64,000 nucleotides of DNA from Bacillota bacterium (lineage in GTDB: Bacteria; Bacillota; Limnochordia; Darwinibacteriales; DTU012). The notes beneath the pieces were generated by a model. That model worked only from the letters and a program-made list of their open reading frames with translations. It searched no databases and had not been told where the DNA came from. The first letter of the stretch is position 1; each line of letters opens with the position of its first letter. A program made the position numbers and the translations under genes. Below, piece after piece: positions 33,530-43,721 of this stretch. The stretch is taken from the NCBI GenBank assembly GCA_012521185.1, contig JAAYMV010000116.1, forward strand, positions 107 to 64,106, written 5' to 3'.

Positions 33530-34063
33530 ATGCGCTACAAGCAAATTATACTAATTATATGCTTGCTATTACTAAGTAATCAATTGGCCTATGCAAGTGG
33601 GTTTTATTTACACGATAACAAGCAATACTGGTGGTATCATAGTGAGGACCCTTATTTCTATGCTGTAGTGCCTAGTAATGCAGAACGTTATACTAAGAAA
33701 ACACTGTTTGGCAATGAAATTTTGGAGATCGCATTTGATGACGGCTCAACTATTATGGAAATTGGCAGTTTTAAGGGTAAAGAAGTTAGTGAAGTTGTAG
33801 ACTTTGTTGGAAAAAAATGGACTTCAATGATCGACAATCTAGTTGTTATTGCCAATCGTGAAATCACTACTTCGAATGATTTAAAAACATTTTTTTATGC
33901 AATCGAAGGTATTGGTGCGGATGGCAAAAAAGGTATGTTACGCTCTGTATATTTCAAAAAGGGTGATGTTGTAGTTTACCAAGCCATGTTTTTGGAGAGC
34001 AGCAAGTACAAAGGTGATCTACAAAATCACTGGTTGAGAGCGGTTAATGAATTTGAATGGTAA
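33530..34063 (+). CDS. secreted protein of unknown function (signal peptide)
   Basis: N-terminal signal peptide ILIICLLLLSNQLAYA|SG. The Trp/Tyr-rich mature protein has no recognisable family. By eye it is richer in A/T than its neighbours. Confidence 0.5.
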   Translation: MRYKQIILIICLLLLSNQLAYASGFYLHDNKQYWWYHSEDPYFYAVVPSNAERYTKKTLFGNEILEIAFDDGSTIMEIGSFKGKEVSEVVDFVGKKWTSMIDNLVVIANREITTSNDLKTFFYAIEGIGADGKKGMLRSVYFKKGDVVVYQAMFLESSKYKGDLQNHWLRAVNEFEW

Positions 34064-34077
34064 GGTAGGGTATTTGT

Positions 34078-34782
34078 GTGGAAATCCAAGTTGGTGTTGC
34101 AAAAGTAGGCAAATATGCAGTTCGAGATAGTGGTGATTCGGTAGAAGTTGTAGAGAGACCGAATGGTGGTTTATCAGTTATTATTGTTGATGGCCAAGGC
34201 CACGGAAAGTCTGCTAAAAGAATTAGTCATCAGATAGCTACTAAGGCTGCTAGTCTAATTAGTGATGGTACCCGTGATGGGGTGGTAATGCGCTCAATTA
34301 GCGATTTTCTGTATGCTTTGCGTGGTGGAAGTGTCTCAGCTACAGTGACTATCTTGACTGCTGATCTAGCCGCAAATTCTTTAATTATCTCCAGAAATTC
34401 CAATACTCCAGTAGTAATTAATCATCAGGATGGTTCTAGTTGTATTTCCTCAGGAGTAAATCCTATTGGTGTACATCGGATTAATCGGCCTTCTGTATCT
34501 CAATGGCCACTTTACCCTGACACTACGGTAATTGGCTTTACTGATGGTGTAATTCATGCTGGACGCGGTTATAACAGGAAGGGGTTTTCGTTAGATTATG
34601 TAACGGATTTACTTGCTGTGGAAACTCCTGAACCACAATGGTTAGCTAATCTGTTACTGGAACATGCTATAGGGCTTTCTCAAGGAAGACCTGAAGATGA
34701 TATGGCTGTAGCGGTGCTTGGAATTAGAGATGTAGATAACCTACTCGGAAAACGCAGCATCAGTATCAGATATCCTTTTTAA
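34078..34782 (+). CDS. standalone PPM/PP2C-type (SpoIIE/RsbU-like) serine phosphatase domain protein
   Basis: GTG start after GGTAGGG. The metal-binding signature VDGQGHG, a later FTDGVIH and a terminal EDDMAV follow the order expected for a PPM fold. Confidence 0.55.
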   Translation: MEIQVGVAKVGKYAVRDSGDSVEVVERPNGGLSVIIVDGQGHGKSAKRISHQIATKAASLISDGTRDGVVMRSISDFLYALRGGSVSATVTILTADLAANSLIISRNSNTPVVINHQDGSSCISSGVNPIGVHRINRPSVSQWPLYPDTTVIGFTDGVIHAGRGYNRKGFSLDYVTDLLAVETPEPQWLANLLLEHAIGLSQGRPEDDMAVAVLGIRDVDNLLGKRSISIRYPF

Positions 34783-34792
34783 AATTTCATAA

Positions 34793-35164
34793 ATGGATAG
34801 GCGTGGTTATATGAGCCAAAACAAGCCATTGATATTAATTGTCGGGGTCTGTGCTTCTGGCAAAACTACTTTATCTACTGGCCTTAAAGGATTAGGCTAT
34901 AATGCTTGTAGTTTTGCTCAAGAACATTCTGTAACCCCGTTTGTCTGGCGACGCAAAGAACCAGATTTTTTAATTTATTTGACTTGCGAGTATTCAACCA
35001 TAAAAAAACGTAAAGATATTAATTGGGGTTATGCAGAATACTTGCGCCAGATTGAATGGTTAAGAGATGCTTATGACCATGCTGATTTAGTGATTCAGAC
35101 GGATCAATTTACACCAGAAGAGTTAGTTAATCATGTGGATTCGTTATTAAAGCGGAGTACTTGA
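34793..35164 (+). CDS. small P-loop NTPase (Walker A GVCASGKTT), function unknown
   Basis: 123 aa. Walker A is near the N-terminus (the start may be Met7, 34811) and a hydrophobic-Asp Walker-B-like element DFLIYLTCE follows. Confidence 0.45.
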   Translation: MDRRGYMSQNKPLILIVGVCASGKTTLSTGLKGLGYNACSFAQEHSVTPFVWRRKEPDFLIYLTCEYSTIKKRKDINWGYAEYLRQIEWLRDAYDHADLVIQTDQFTPEELVNHVDSLLKRST

Positions 35165-35166
35165 CG

Positions 35167-35196
35167 TTGACAAGTATTCCGCTTCAATAGTATAAT
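35167..35196 (+). promoter_or_regulatory. strong sigma-A promoter for secDF
   Basis: TTGACA at 35167-35172, an 18-nt spacer, then TATAAT at 35191-35196. An upstream TTGACG overlaps the stop codon of the preceding gene. Confidence 0.55.
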
Positions 35197-35252
35197 AAGC
35201 CTGTTGTTAAAAATTTTTTAATAAAATTTTGCGGTGAGAAGGTGAAAGTACT

Positions 35253-36461
35253 TTGAGACAGGGAACAGGTTGGAGAATAGGCTTTATTTTGATTATTACA
35301 TTAATCGCCGGCTTTATTTTATTAAGAACTCCAATTAATTTAGGGCTAGATTTACAAGGTGGAGTTCACGTAGTGCTGGAAGCTCAGGATGTTAATGGTG
35401 AGTTTGATCGGGAAAGTATACGTCGCGCTCAGGCAGTAATTGAACGACGGATTAATGCATTAGGTGTATCAGAACCGATTGTTCAACCAGAAGGAAATCG
35501 TAGAATTATTGTGGAACTACCAGGAATTCATGATCAAGAACAAGCTATTGAAACCATTGGAAAAACTGCCCTATTAGAGTTTAAAGATCCCAATGGCAAT
35601 ACAGTATTAACAGGTGCCTTATTACAATCTGCCACAATTGGGCAAGATCAGTTTGGTCGTCCTGCGGTTAATTTAGAGTTTAATCAAGAAGGAGCAGAAC
35701 TTTTTGCTTTTTTAACTGCTAGATATGTTGGACAAGTAGTTACTATTACGTTGGATAATGAAGTTATCCAACGGGTTACAGTTCGCGAACCAATTCCAGG
35801 TGGAAAAGCGCAAATTACTGGGTTAGCTACATACGATGAGGCACGGGAGATTACTGTTTTACTACAGTCAGGTTCATTGCCAGTTCCATTAGAGATTATA
35901 GAAATTAGAAATATTGGACCGTCTTTGGGACAAGACTCCATTAGCCGGAGTATTAAAGCTGGAATATTTGGCATTATTTTTGTTGTGCTTTACATGATGT
36001 TTTATTATAAATTACCCGGCTTTGTTGCTGATATTTCCTTAGGTATCTATGTGATTTTGACACTAGCAATCTTTAATTTGATTAATGCAACCTTGACTTT
36101 ACCAGGCATTGCTGGTTTGATTTTATCAGTAGGAATGGCTGTTGACGCAAACGTATTAATTTTCGAACAAATCAAAGAGGAACTTAATCGGGGAAAACGC
36201 TTGCGCCCAGCTATTGAAGCAGGTTTTAATCGCGCATTTGTAACAATTTTGGATTCGAACATTACCACCTTGATTAGTGCTGGGGTATTATTCTATTTTG
36301 GCAGTAGTATCGTTCGAGGCTTTGCTGTCACATTAAGTATTGGGATTCTAGTTAGCATGTTTACTGCTATTGTAGTGACCCGCTCTATTTTAAATGCGAT
36401 TGTTGATCGAAATCCAGATCAAATGATTAAGTATTTCAATATCAGGGGGGTCTCTCGATGA
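35253..36461 (+). CDS. secD: protein translocase subunit SecD
   Basis: SecD family: an N-terminal TM, a periplasmic domain and a 6-TM C-terminus. TTG start. Confidence 0.9.
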   Translation: MRQGTGWRIGFILIITLIAGFILLRTPINLGLDLQGGVHVVLEAQDVNGEFDRESIRRAQAVIERRINALGVSEPIVQPEGNRRIIVELPGIHDQEQAIETIGKTALLEFKDPNGNTVLTGALLQSATIGQDQFGRPAVNLEFNQEGAELFAFLTARYVGQVVTITLDNEVIQRVTVREPIPGGKAQITGLATYDEAREITVLLQSGSLPVPLEIIEIRNIGPSLGQDSISRSIKAGIFGIIFVVLYMMFYYKLPGFVADISLGIYVILTLAIFNLINATLTLPGIAGLILSVGMAVDANVLIFEQIKEELNRGKRLRPAIEAGFNRAFVTILDSNITTLISAGVLFYFGSSIVRGFAVTLSIGILVSMFTAIVVTRSILNAIVDRNPDQMIKYFNIRGVSR

Positions 36462-37324
36462 ATTTTGTAGAAAGACGTTATCTAACCTTTAGTTTCGCTA
36501 TTGTATTAGCAGTGTTAGCCATCATATTTCTTATTACCCCTGGTTTAAACTATGGGATTGACTTTACCGGAGGTACTTTATTAGAACGTCAAGTAGCGGA
36601 AGATGTGACTGTCGAAGAAATTCGTTCTCTTTTAAGTGGCGAGTTGGCCGAACTAAATATTGCTAATGCTACAATTCAACTGTTAGAAAATCCTAATGAG
36701 TTTGTAATTCGCACGCGAGAGCTAAGTAATGCTGAAATTGGTCAAGTAGATCAAGCGCTAGCTAGCAACTTTGGCGATGTGGAAATTAGAAGAACTGATA
36801 TGGTTGGTCCAGTAGTAGGAAAAGAGTTGATTAGACAATCATTAATTGCTTTGGTCTTGGCTTCTATTGGGATTTTGATTTATATTGCGATTCGCTTTGA
36901 ATTTCGTTTCGCAGTGTCCGCTATTATTGCCTTAATGTATGATGTAATTGTTGTACTTGGTGTCTTTGCGATTTCCGGGAAAGAAATTAATTCAGCCTTT
37001 ATTGCCGCTATTCTTACTGTAGTCGGTTATTCGATTAATAATACAATCGTGGTTTTTGACCGGATTCGTTCTCATTTAAAAACTAGGAAGAAAGAAAGTT
37101 TGGCTGAATTAGTAAATACTAGTTTAGAGGAAACACTGCCACGGACGATTAATACCAGCTTAACAACGTTTGTCACCGTATTTTTACTCTATTTATTTGG
37201 TGGTTCCGCTATTAGTGATTTTGCTTTTGCCTTAGTAGTGGGTTTGATAAGTGGTACGTTTACTTCTTTATTCTTGTCTGGACAGATTTGGTTGGAATGG
37301 AATGCACGAGCTATAAACAGTTAA
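36458..37324 (+). CDS. secF: protein translocase subunit SecF
   Basis: SecF family; its start overlaps the secD stop. Confidence 0.9.
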   Translation: MNFVERRYLTFSFAIVLAVLAIIFLITPGLNYGIDFTGGTLLERQVAEDVTVEEIRSLLSGELAELNIANATIQLLENPNEFVIRTRELSNAEIGQVDQALASNFGDVEIRRTDMVGPVVGKELIRQSLIALVLASIGILIYIAIRFEFRFAVSAIIALMYDVIVVLGVFAISGKEINSAFIAAILTVVGYSINNTIVVFDRIRSHLKTRKKESLAELVNTSLEETLPRTINTSLTTFVTVFLLYLFGGSAISDFAFALVVGLISGTFTSLFLSGQIWLEWNARAINS

Positions 37325-37334
37325 ATAGAATGAT

Positions 37335-37366
37335 AAAACTCCGATGTAGCCATCGGAGTTTTATTC
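37335..37366. terminator. bidirectional terminator between convergent secF and hpt
   Basis: Perfect 12-bp stem AAAACTCCGATG / CATCGGAGTTTT with loop TAGC; A-run on one side and T-run on the other. Confidence 0.75.
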
Positions 37367-37903
37367 TTAATCTGTGTAATATTTGGGATTGAGAATGAAG
37401 ATATATGGAATATTTCGGTAGTATTCCTGGAAATCCAATCCATAACCTACTAAAAATTCATTTGGCACAGTAAAGCCAACATAGTCTACGGTAATGTCAA
37501 CTTCTCGGTTAACCTGCTTATCAAGCAATGTGCAAATTTTGATACTAGCCGGATTTCGAATTGATAAGCTATTAATTAGGTAACTGAGTGTTAGACCAGA
37601 GTCGATAATATCCTCAACAATTAAAACGTGTTTACCTTCAATACTATCTTCTAGGTCTTTAACAATGCGGACAACACCTGAGGATGTAGTTGCATTACCA
37701 TAACTAGAAATTCCTATAAAGTCCATTGTAACTGGTACAGTAATATGTTTAGCTAAATCAGCTAAAAACATTAGTCCACCTTTAAGAATACAAAGCAATA
37801 AAACCTCTTTGCCAGCATAATCTTTTGATATTTCTTCTGCTAGCTCACGAACACGTTTCTGTATTTCGTCTTCACTGATTAAGATGCGATCTACTATGTC
37901 CAA
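37367..37903 (-). CDS. hpt: hypoxanthine-guanine phosphoribosyltransferase
   Basis: PRPP-binding motif VLIVEDIIDSGLTL of type I PRTases, with an Hpt-like N-terminus. Confidence 0.85.
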   Translation of the reverse strand: MDIVDRILISEDEIQKRVRELAEEISKDYAGKEVLLLCILKGGLMFLADLAKHITVPVTMDFIGISSYGNATTSSGVVRIVKDLEDSIEGKHVLIVEDIIDSGLTLSYLINSLSIRNPASIKICTLLDKQVNREVDITVDYVGFTVPNEFLVGYGLDFQEYYRNIPYIFILNPKYYTD

Positions 37904-38026
37904 CCTTTTCCCCCCTTTGTGAGCTTTTTCTTAATCATACTATTGTAAATCCAGAAAATCAAGGGTAGATCTGAAGCAGGATTTAACGTAAATGTTACCG
38001 AATATTAAAAGGTTAGGGGGTACACA

Positions 38027-40627
38027 ATGATTGAGAAACAATGGTTGTTACTACCGGAGCATGAAAAGATCGAAGAACTACAACTGTCCTTGAATATTTC
38101 ACCGCTTACAGCCAAAATTTTGGTGAATCGAGGTATTAAAACAGTAGAGGAAGGAAAGAGATTTCTTTATGCAGATTTAAATGATTTATATTCACCATGG
38201 GATTTACCAGATATGAAAGTGGCTGTGGCTAGAATTATTCAAGCCTTGAATTCTAATGAATCTATTACGATTTATGGTGACTACGATGTGGACGGTCAAA
38301 CCGGCACTGCCATATTAGTCAAAGTCCTAAGACGTTTGGCAGCAGCTCCTGATAAAATTTATTATTATATCCCGCATCGGATTGATGAAGGCTATGGTCT
38401 TAACCAGGCGGCTTTAACGGAAATTGCTAGCTATAGTTCACTAGTAATTACTGTTGATTGTGGCATTTCTGCTATTGCAGAAGCAGCTTACGCAAAAGAG
38501 TTAAGTCTAGATCTAATTATCACTGACCATCACGAGCCTGGTGAGCAATTACCTGAAGCAGTAGCGGTAATTAATCCTAAGCGCAAAGATAGCCAGTATC
38601 CGTTTACAGAATTAGCTGGTGTTGGTGTTGCTTATAAATTAGCTCAGGCCTTAGGTGAGCATTATCAACAGGATTTTAGCGAGTATCTAGATTTGGTAGC
38701 CCTTGGAACGGTAGCAGATTTAGTTCCTTTAGTGGATGAAAATCGGATTATTACCAAATTTGGGTTAAGGCAAATGAGTAGTCCGTCTTGTATTGGTGTA
38801 CAAGCTTTAATTGATGTTTGTAAGTTAAAAGAGCCTTACCAAGCTTCTGATTTAGCTTATCGTTTAGGACCCCGATTAAATGCAGTCGGTCGAATTGGTG
38901 ACCCAGCTCGTGGTTTAAGGTTGCTGTTAACTGATGATTCGATTGAGGCTGAAAGTTTAGCTATGACTTTAGATGCAGAAAATACAGAACGACAAACCAT
39001 TGAACAACGTATTTGCCAAGAAGCGGAAGAGCTGATTGAGGCGAAGGGTTGGCAAGAACAAGCTGCCATTGTAGTGGCCAATGAGCATTGGCATCCAGGG
39101 GTAATTGGTATTGTAGCTTCACGATTGGTGGAAAAGTATTATCGGCCAACCATTGTAATTGCTTTGGAAGATGGTGTTGGTAAAGCCTCTGCACGAAGCA
39201 TTTCGGAATTTAATTTATTTGAAGGGTTAAGTGCTTGCAGTGATTTACTAGAAACCTATGGCGGTCATGAAATGGCTGCTGGTCTGCAAGTTAAAGCCGA
39301 AAATATTCCACTTTTAAGAGAGCGGTTGATTAAACTTGTTGAGGAACGCTTAGATCCAAATGATTTTATTCCTAAGTTGTACTTAGATGGTCAGGCTAGC
39401 CTCCCGCAATTAGACGCTAAATTACTACAAGAGTTTAGTTTATTAGAGCCTTTTGGGATTAAAAACCCAAGTCCACTGATCCAAGTCAGTGGTGCTGTCC
39501 AAGATGTACGGGCTATTGGTGATGGCAGTCATGTAAGCTGTCAAATTCGGGATGCCTCAGGCGAAAAAAGAAGGGCTGTTGGTTTTGGAATGTATGATAG
39601 GTTTCAAGACTTACAAGGACATTTTGAACAGCTAAACTTTGCTGTTAGTCTGCAGCCAGGTTTTCGCGATTCTAACGTGGTTGAGCTATTAGTGCGTGAC
39701 TTACAAGCAATAGAAATAGAGGAAGACTTTGTAAGTAGAACCATGCGTAGTTATCCTTGGCAGTTAGCACCTAAGTATCGAGAGCTAACTTTACTAAAAA
39801 GCGATTTAGAAATACAAAAGTTGCCTGACAATCCATTAGCATCTGAATTAGTTGTCCAGGATGGGCGACATATCTGGGATAAAATGGATTACTTATTTCA
39901 GGAACTAGATCCTGAACAATCAGCGTTAATTTATGTTGCTACAGCAGAACAAGCTTTAATGCTTTGTCGTCGTTTACGGATTACTATTCCAAAGGGAGCA
40001 AACTTCATTGGCTTTGACCATGAATATTTAACAGAACAGGAAAAGATGGATATAAAACAGTTGTTAGCTAATGGGAAGTTACGCTGGCTCGTTTCGACAG
40101 GCATTAATGATTGGTCCTTGAAGTGGCAACAAATGGTATACTATTATGTACCAATAACAGAACACTTGTTATTGCAGTTAGTTAATAGGATAAATAGTAA
40201 CGGAAAGTTGATCGCTTTATATAATAAATCAGATGTAAATTGGTATCAGTCGCAAATTAGGCGATTGTATCCAGATCGAAATTTATTAGCTCGATTTTAT
40301 CTGGAAATTATTAAATTACAGCAAGCAACCATCTTTGACGAACAGTTGACTCATATTGCTAATCAGCTAAGCATGGAAACAGGTTTAGAATTTGCATTAG
40401 GTGTTTTTGCAGAGTTAAATTTAATCGAACGCTTTGAAGCTGGGATTAAGCTACAACCGAAACCAGCGGAAAAGCTAGACTTGTATTCTTCTGTCTTATA
40501 TAATGAAGGTATGAAAAGATGCGAACAATACTTTACTTACTCGCAGCATTGTTTGGAAAGGGGATTTTTTAATGAACTTAATGGAAAAGATACGGATTAT
40601 AGAAGATTTTCCCAAACCCGGCATTAG
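38027..40627 (+). CDS. recJ: single-stranded-DNA-specific exonuclease RecJ (long form with C-terminal extension)
   Basis: DHH motifs (DYDVDG, DHH) and a DHHA1 domain, followed by a ~300-aa C-terminal extension. Located before apt-relA as in Bacillus. Confidence 0.85.
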   Translation: MIEKQWLLLPEHEKIEELQLSLNISPLTAKILVNRGIKTVEEGKRFLYADLNDLYSPWDLPDMKVAVARIIQALNSNESITIYGDYDVDGQTGTAILVKVLRRLAAAPDKIYYYIPHRIDEGYGLNQAALTEIASYSSLVITVDCGISAIAEAAYAKELSLDLIITDHHEPGEQLPEAVAVINPKRKDSQYPFTELAGVGVAYKLAQALGEHYQQDFSEYLDLVALGTVADLVPLVDENRIITKFGLRQMSSPSCIGVQALIDVCKLKEPYQASDLAYRLGPRLNAVGRIGDPARGLRLLLTDDSIEAESLAMTLDAENTERQTIEQRICQEAEELIEAKGWQEQAAIVVANEHWHPGVIGIVASRLVEKYYRPTIVIALEDGVGKASARSISEFNLFEGLSACSDLLETYGGHEMAAGLQVKAENIPLLRERLIKLVEERLDPNDFIPKLYLDGQASLPQLDAKLLQEFSLLEPFGIKNPSPLIQVSGAVQDVRAIGDGSHVSCQIRDASGEKRRAVGFGMYDRFQDLQGHFEQLNFAVSLQPGFRDSNVVELLVRDLQAIEIEEDFVSRTMRSYPWQLAPKYRELTLLKSDLEIQKLPDNPLASELVVQDGRHIWDKMDYLFQELDPEQSALIYVATAEQALMLCRRLRITIPKGANFIGFDHEYLTEQEKMDIKQLLANGKLRWLVSTGINDWSLKWQQMVYYYVPITEHLLLQLVNRINSNGKLIALYNKSDVNWYQSQIRRLYPDRNLLARFYLEIIKLQQATIFDEQLTHIANQLSMETGLEFALGVFAELNLIERFEAGIKLQPKPAEKLDLYSSVLYNEGMKRCEQYFTYSQHCLERGFFNELNGKDTDYRRFSQTRH

Positions 40628-41090
40628 CTTTAAGGATATTACTACTTTAATTAGGGATCCAGAAGCATTCCGCTATTCAGTTCAAAAAATGGCGGAGTTT
40701 TGCGCTGATAAACAAGTGGATTTAGTTGTTGGAGTAGAATCTCGCGGATTTATTCTAGGAGCGCCTTTAGCGTACGAATTAGGTGTAGGATTTTGCTTAG
40801 TGCGTAAACCTGGTAAATTGCCTGGAGAAGTTTTAAAGGTAGAATATGAGCTGGAATATGGCACAGATGCTTTAGAAATTCATAAGGATGCAATTTCCCC
40901 TGGAATGAATGTAGTGATTGTAGATGACTTATTGGCTACAGGAGGAACCATTAGCGCTACTGCGGAATTATTAGAAAAACTTGGCGCTAATATTGTTGGA
41001 TTCACATTTTTGATTGAATTGGCTTATTTAAACGGTCGTCAACGATTAAGCGATTATGATGTGTTGGCATTGGTTAAGTATGAAGAATAG
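40572..41090 (+). CDS. apt: adenine phosphoribosyltransferase
   Basis: Apt family with PRPP motif [13 protein letters not shown]. Full-length alignment logic supports the first ATG, which overlaps the recJ 3' end by 56 nt. Confidence 0.9.
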   Translation: MNLMEKIRIIEDFPKPGISFKDITTLIRDPEAFRYSVQKMAEFCADKQVDLVVGVESRGFILGAPLAYELGVGFCLVRKPGKLPGEVLKVEYELEYGTDALEIHKDAISPGMNVVIVDDLLATGGTISATAELLEKLGANIVGFTFLIELAYLNGRQRLSDYDVLALVKYEE

Positions 41091-41107
41091 GTAGAAATGA
41101 GGTTAAC

Positions 41108-43255
41108 ATGATGTCTTTGCAGTCCTTAATTGAGCAGATCCAGTCTTATTATCCAGATGCGAATGTTGATCTGGTAAAAAAAGCATATGAGTTTTCCGAG
41201 AATGCTCATCAAGGGCAGCTGCGTGATTCTGGTGAACCTTTTTTCAACCATCCTTTTCATGTAGCTCTTATTTTAGCTGAGCTAGAGCTTGACGTTGATA
41301 CCATTGCTGCTGGTTTACTGCATGATGTAATTGAAGATACAGAAGTCACTCATGAGCAGTTAAAAGAAGAGTTTGGTGAGCAAATCTTAATGTTGGTCGA
41401 TGGTGTCACAAAATTGGATAAATTGCCATACAAGACACGTTTTGAACGACAGGCGGAGAATTTACGAAAAATGATTTTTGCTATGGCTAAAGATATCCGT
41501 GTGATTTTGATAAAATTAGCAGATCGCTTGCATAATATGCGTACACTTCGACATGTGCCTAAGGAAAAGCAAGTGCAAACAGCACAAGAAACATTAGAGA
41601 TTTATGCTCCGCTAGCTCACCGTTTAGGTATTTGGACCATTAAATGGGAAATGGAAGATTTGGCATTTCGTTATCTTTACCCTAATGATTATTATTCGTT
41701 GGTGAAAATGATTTCGCGCAAACGCCAAGAACGTGAAGGCGATCTAGCCTTAGTAATGAAAATTATTCAAGATAAACTAGACGAGCTAAATATTCCTGCC
41801 GAAATCCAAGGTCGTCCCAAGCATTTATATAGTATTTTCCAAAAAATGCAGCGTCAAAATAAAAGCATTGAGGAAATTTATGACTTATTGGCTTTAAGAG
41901 TGATTGTCGAATCTGTAAAGGATTGTTATGCAGTTTTGGGGGCAATTCACACTTTGTGGAAACCCATTCCTGGTCGTTTTAAAGACTATATTGCAATGCC
42001 TAAGTCTAATATGTACCAATCTTTGCATACAACCATTATTGGACCAGAAGGTGAGCATTACGAGATTCAGATTCGGACTTGGGAAATGCACCGGATTGCT
42101 GAAAAGGGTGTTGCCGCTCATTGGATGTATAAAGAAGGTTACAACAAGAGGCAGTCCTATGATGATAAAGTACAATGGTTAAGGGAAGCGGTCGAATGGC
42201 TGCAAGAAATGAAAGATCCCCAAGAGTTCATGGAAACCTTAAAAATTGATTTATTTGAAGATGAGGTATTCGTGTTTACGCCTAAAGGCGATGTGAAGTC
42301 CTTGCCAAGCGGTGCTACACCAGTTGATTTTGCTTTTGATGTTCATACTGATATTGGCTTAAGGTGTGCGGGAGCTAAAGTTAATGGCAGAATTGAGCCT
42401 TTAGATTATCAGTTGAAAAATGGAGAATTTGTCGAAATCATTACTAGCAAAACAGCTAACCCAACCCAGGACTGGTTAAATTTCGTTAAAACTTCGAAAG
42501 CGCGAAGCAAGATTCGCGCCTATTTGAAAGAAGAGCTTAGAGAAGAAAACTATGCTAAAGGTAAAGACTTATTAGAAAAAGAGCTGCGGAAATTTAACTT
42601 AGAACCGAAGGAATATTTAGAACCCGAAAAGTTAGAAGAAACAGCTAAGCGTTATGGTTTAGGTACGCCAGAAGATTTGTTGGCTAGTATTGGTTATGGA
42701 AAAATTACTGCTCAACAAGTAGTGCAGAAACTGGCTGGTAAACAGTTGGAAGAACGAAAACGGGAAAAACAGATTAGCAAAACAGGAAAACCAAAACGGC
42801 GGGAAGCAAAAGGTATTTCGATTAAAGGTGTAGATAATTTATTAGTACGCTTTTCTAAGTGTTGTTCTCCAGTTCCTGGAGATAAGATTATTGGTTATGT
42901 CACCCGTGGACGTGGAGTATCAATCCATCGGGTTGATTGCCCAAACATTAAAGAAATAGCAGATGACAAAGAACGACAAATCGAAGTATTTTGGAATACA
43001 GATGAAACAGATTCTTATCCTGTAGAAATCGAAGTACGAGCTATTGACAGAGTTAACTTGTTAACATCGATTATGAGTACCATCTCTGAAGGAAAGACCA
43101 ATATTGAAGCAGTGAATGCGCGTACAGGTAAAGGAAATGATGCAATTATAAACCTAGTATTGGACATTAAAGATGTTGAACACATGAATGCTATAATTAA
43201 TCGGATTCGGCAGGTAGAAGGAGTGCTGACTGTTCGACGGGCACATCCAACATAA
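41108..43255 (+). CDS. relA: bifunctional (p)ppGpp synthetase/hydrolase Rel
   Basis: HD hydrolase motif (HDVIEDT), a RelA/SpoT synthetase domain, and TGS and ACT domains. Confidence 0.95.
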   Translation: MMSLQSLIEQIQSYYPDANVDLVKKAYEFSENAHQGQLRDSGEPFFNHPFHVALILAELELDVDTIAAGLLHDVIEDTEVTHEQLKEEFGEQILMLVDGVTKLDKLPYKTRFERQAENLRKMIFAMAKDIRVILIKLADRLHNMRTLRHVPKEKQVQTAQETLEIYAPLAHRLGIWTIKWEMEDLAFRYLYPNDYYSLVKMISRKRQEREGDLALVMKIIQDKLDELNIPAEIQGRPKHLYSIFQKMQRQNKSIEEIYDLLALRVIVESVKDCYAVLGAIHTLWKPIPGRFKDYIAMPKSNMYQSLHTTIIGPEGEHYEIQIRTWEMHRIAEKGVAAHWMYKEGYNKRQSYDDKVQWLREAVEWLQEMKDPQEFMETLKIDLFEDEVFVFTPKGDVKSLPSGATPVDFAFDVHTDIGLRCAGAKVNGRIEPLDYQLKNGEFVEIITSKTANPTQDWLNFVKTSKARSKIRAYLKEELREENYAKGKDLLEKELRKFNLEPKEYLEPEKLEETAKRYGLGTPEDLLASIGYGKITAQQVVQKLAGKQLEERKREKQISKTGKPKRREAKGISIKGVDNLLVRFSKCCSPVPGDKIIGYVTRGRGVSIHRVDCPNIKEIADDKERQIEVFWNTDETDSYPVEIEVRAIDRVNLLTSIMSTISEGKTNIEAVNARTGKGNDAIINLVLDIKDVEHMNAIINRIRQVEGVLTVRRAHPT

Positions 43256-43270
43256 AGGTGGAGATAGCAG

Positions 43271-43720
43271 TTGAAAGCAGTTTTGCAATTAGTAAAAGAA
43301 GCCTCTGTTACAGTTGATAATCAAGTTGTTGGTAAAATTGAACGTGGTTTTTTAATTTTATTAGGAGTCTCGGCTGAGGATACCGAAACAGATTGTCGCT
43401 ATTTAGTTGACAAAATTTCTAATCTACGAGTCTTTCCTGATGAATTCGGTAAAATGAATTTATCAATTCAGGATGTTGCCGGCCAAGCATTAGTAGTTTC
43501 TCAGTTTACTCTGTATGCTGATTGTCGGAAGGGACGTCGACCTAATTTTACAGCTGCCGCCCCTCCAGACAAAGCACAGGAATTATATGAGAAATTTGTG
43601 GCCTTGTTAGGGGAAGTAGTTCCAGTGGAAACTGGAATTTTTCAAGCTTCCATGGAAGTCTCTTTAATTAATGACGGCCCAGTAACTATCCTACTGGAGT
43701 CACCAGGGAAGGAAGGATAA
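43271..43720 (+). CDS. dtd: D-aminoacyl-tRNA deacylase
   Basis: Dtd family with the C-terminal SQFTLYAD motif. Confidence 0.9.
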   Translation: MKAVLQLVKEASVTVDNQVVGKIERGFLILLGVSAEDTETDCRYLVDKISNLRVFPDEFGKMNLSIQDVAGQALVVSQFTLYADCRKGRRPNFTAAAPPDKAQELYEKFVALLGEVVPVETGIFQASMEVSLINDGPVTILLESPGKEG

Positions 43721-43721
43721 A

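Noticed and set aside
35161-35180. Imperfect palindrome ACTTGACGTTGACAAGT overlapping the secD -35 region as a possible operator
   Set aside because: It has two mismatches in 17 nt and arises largely from the duplicated TTGAC motif. No independent evidence supports a regulator site.
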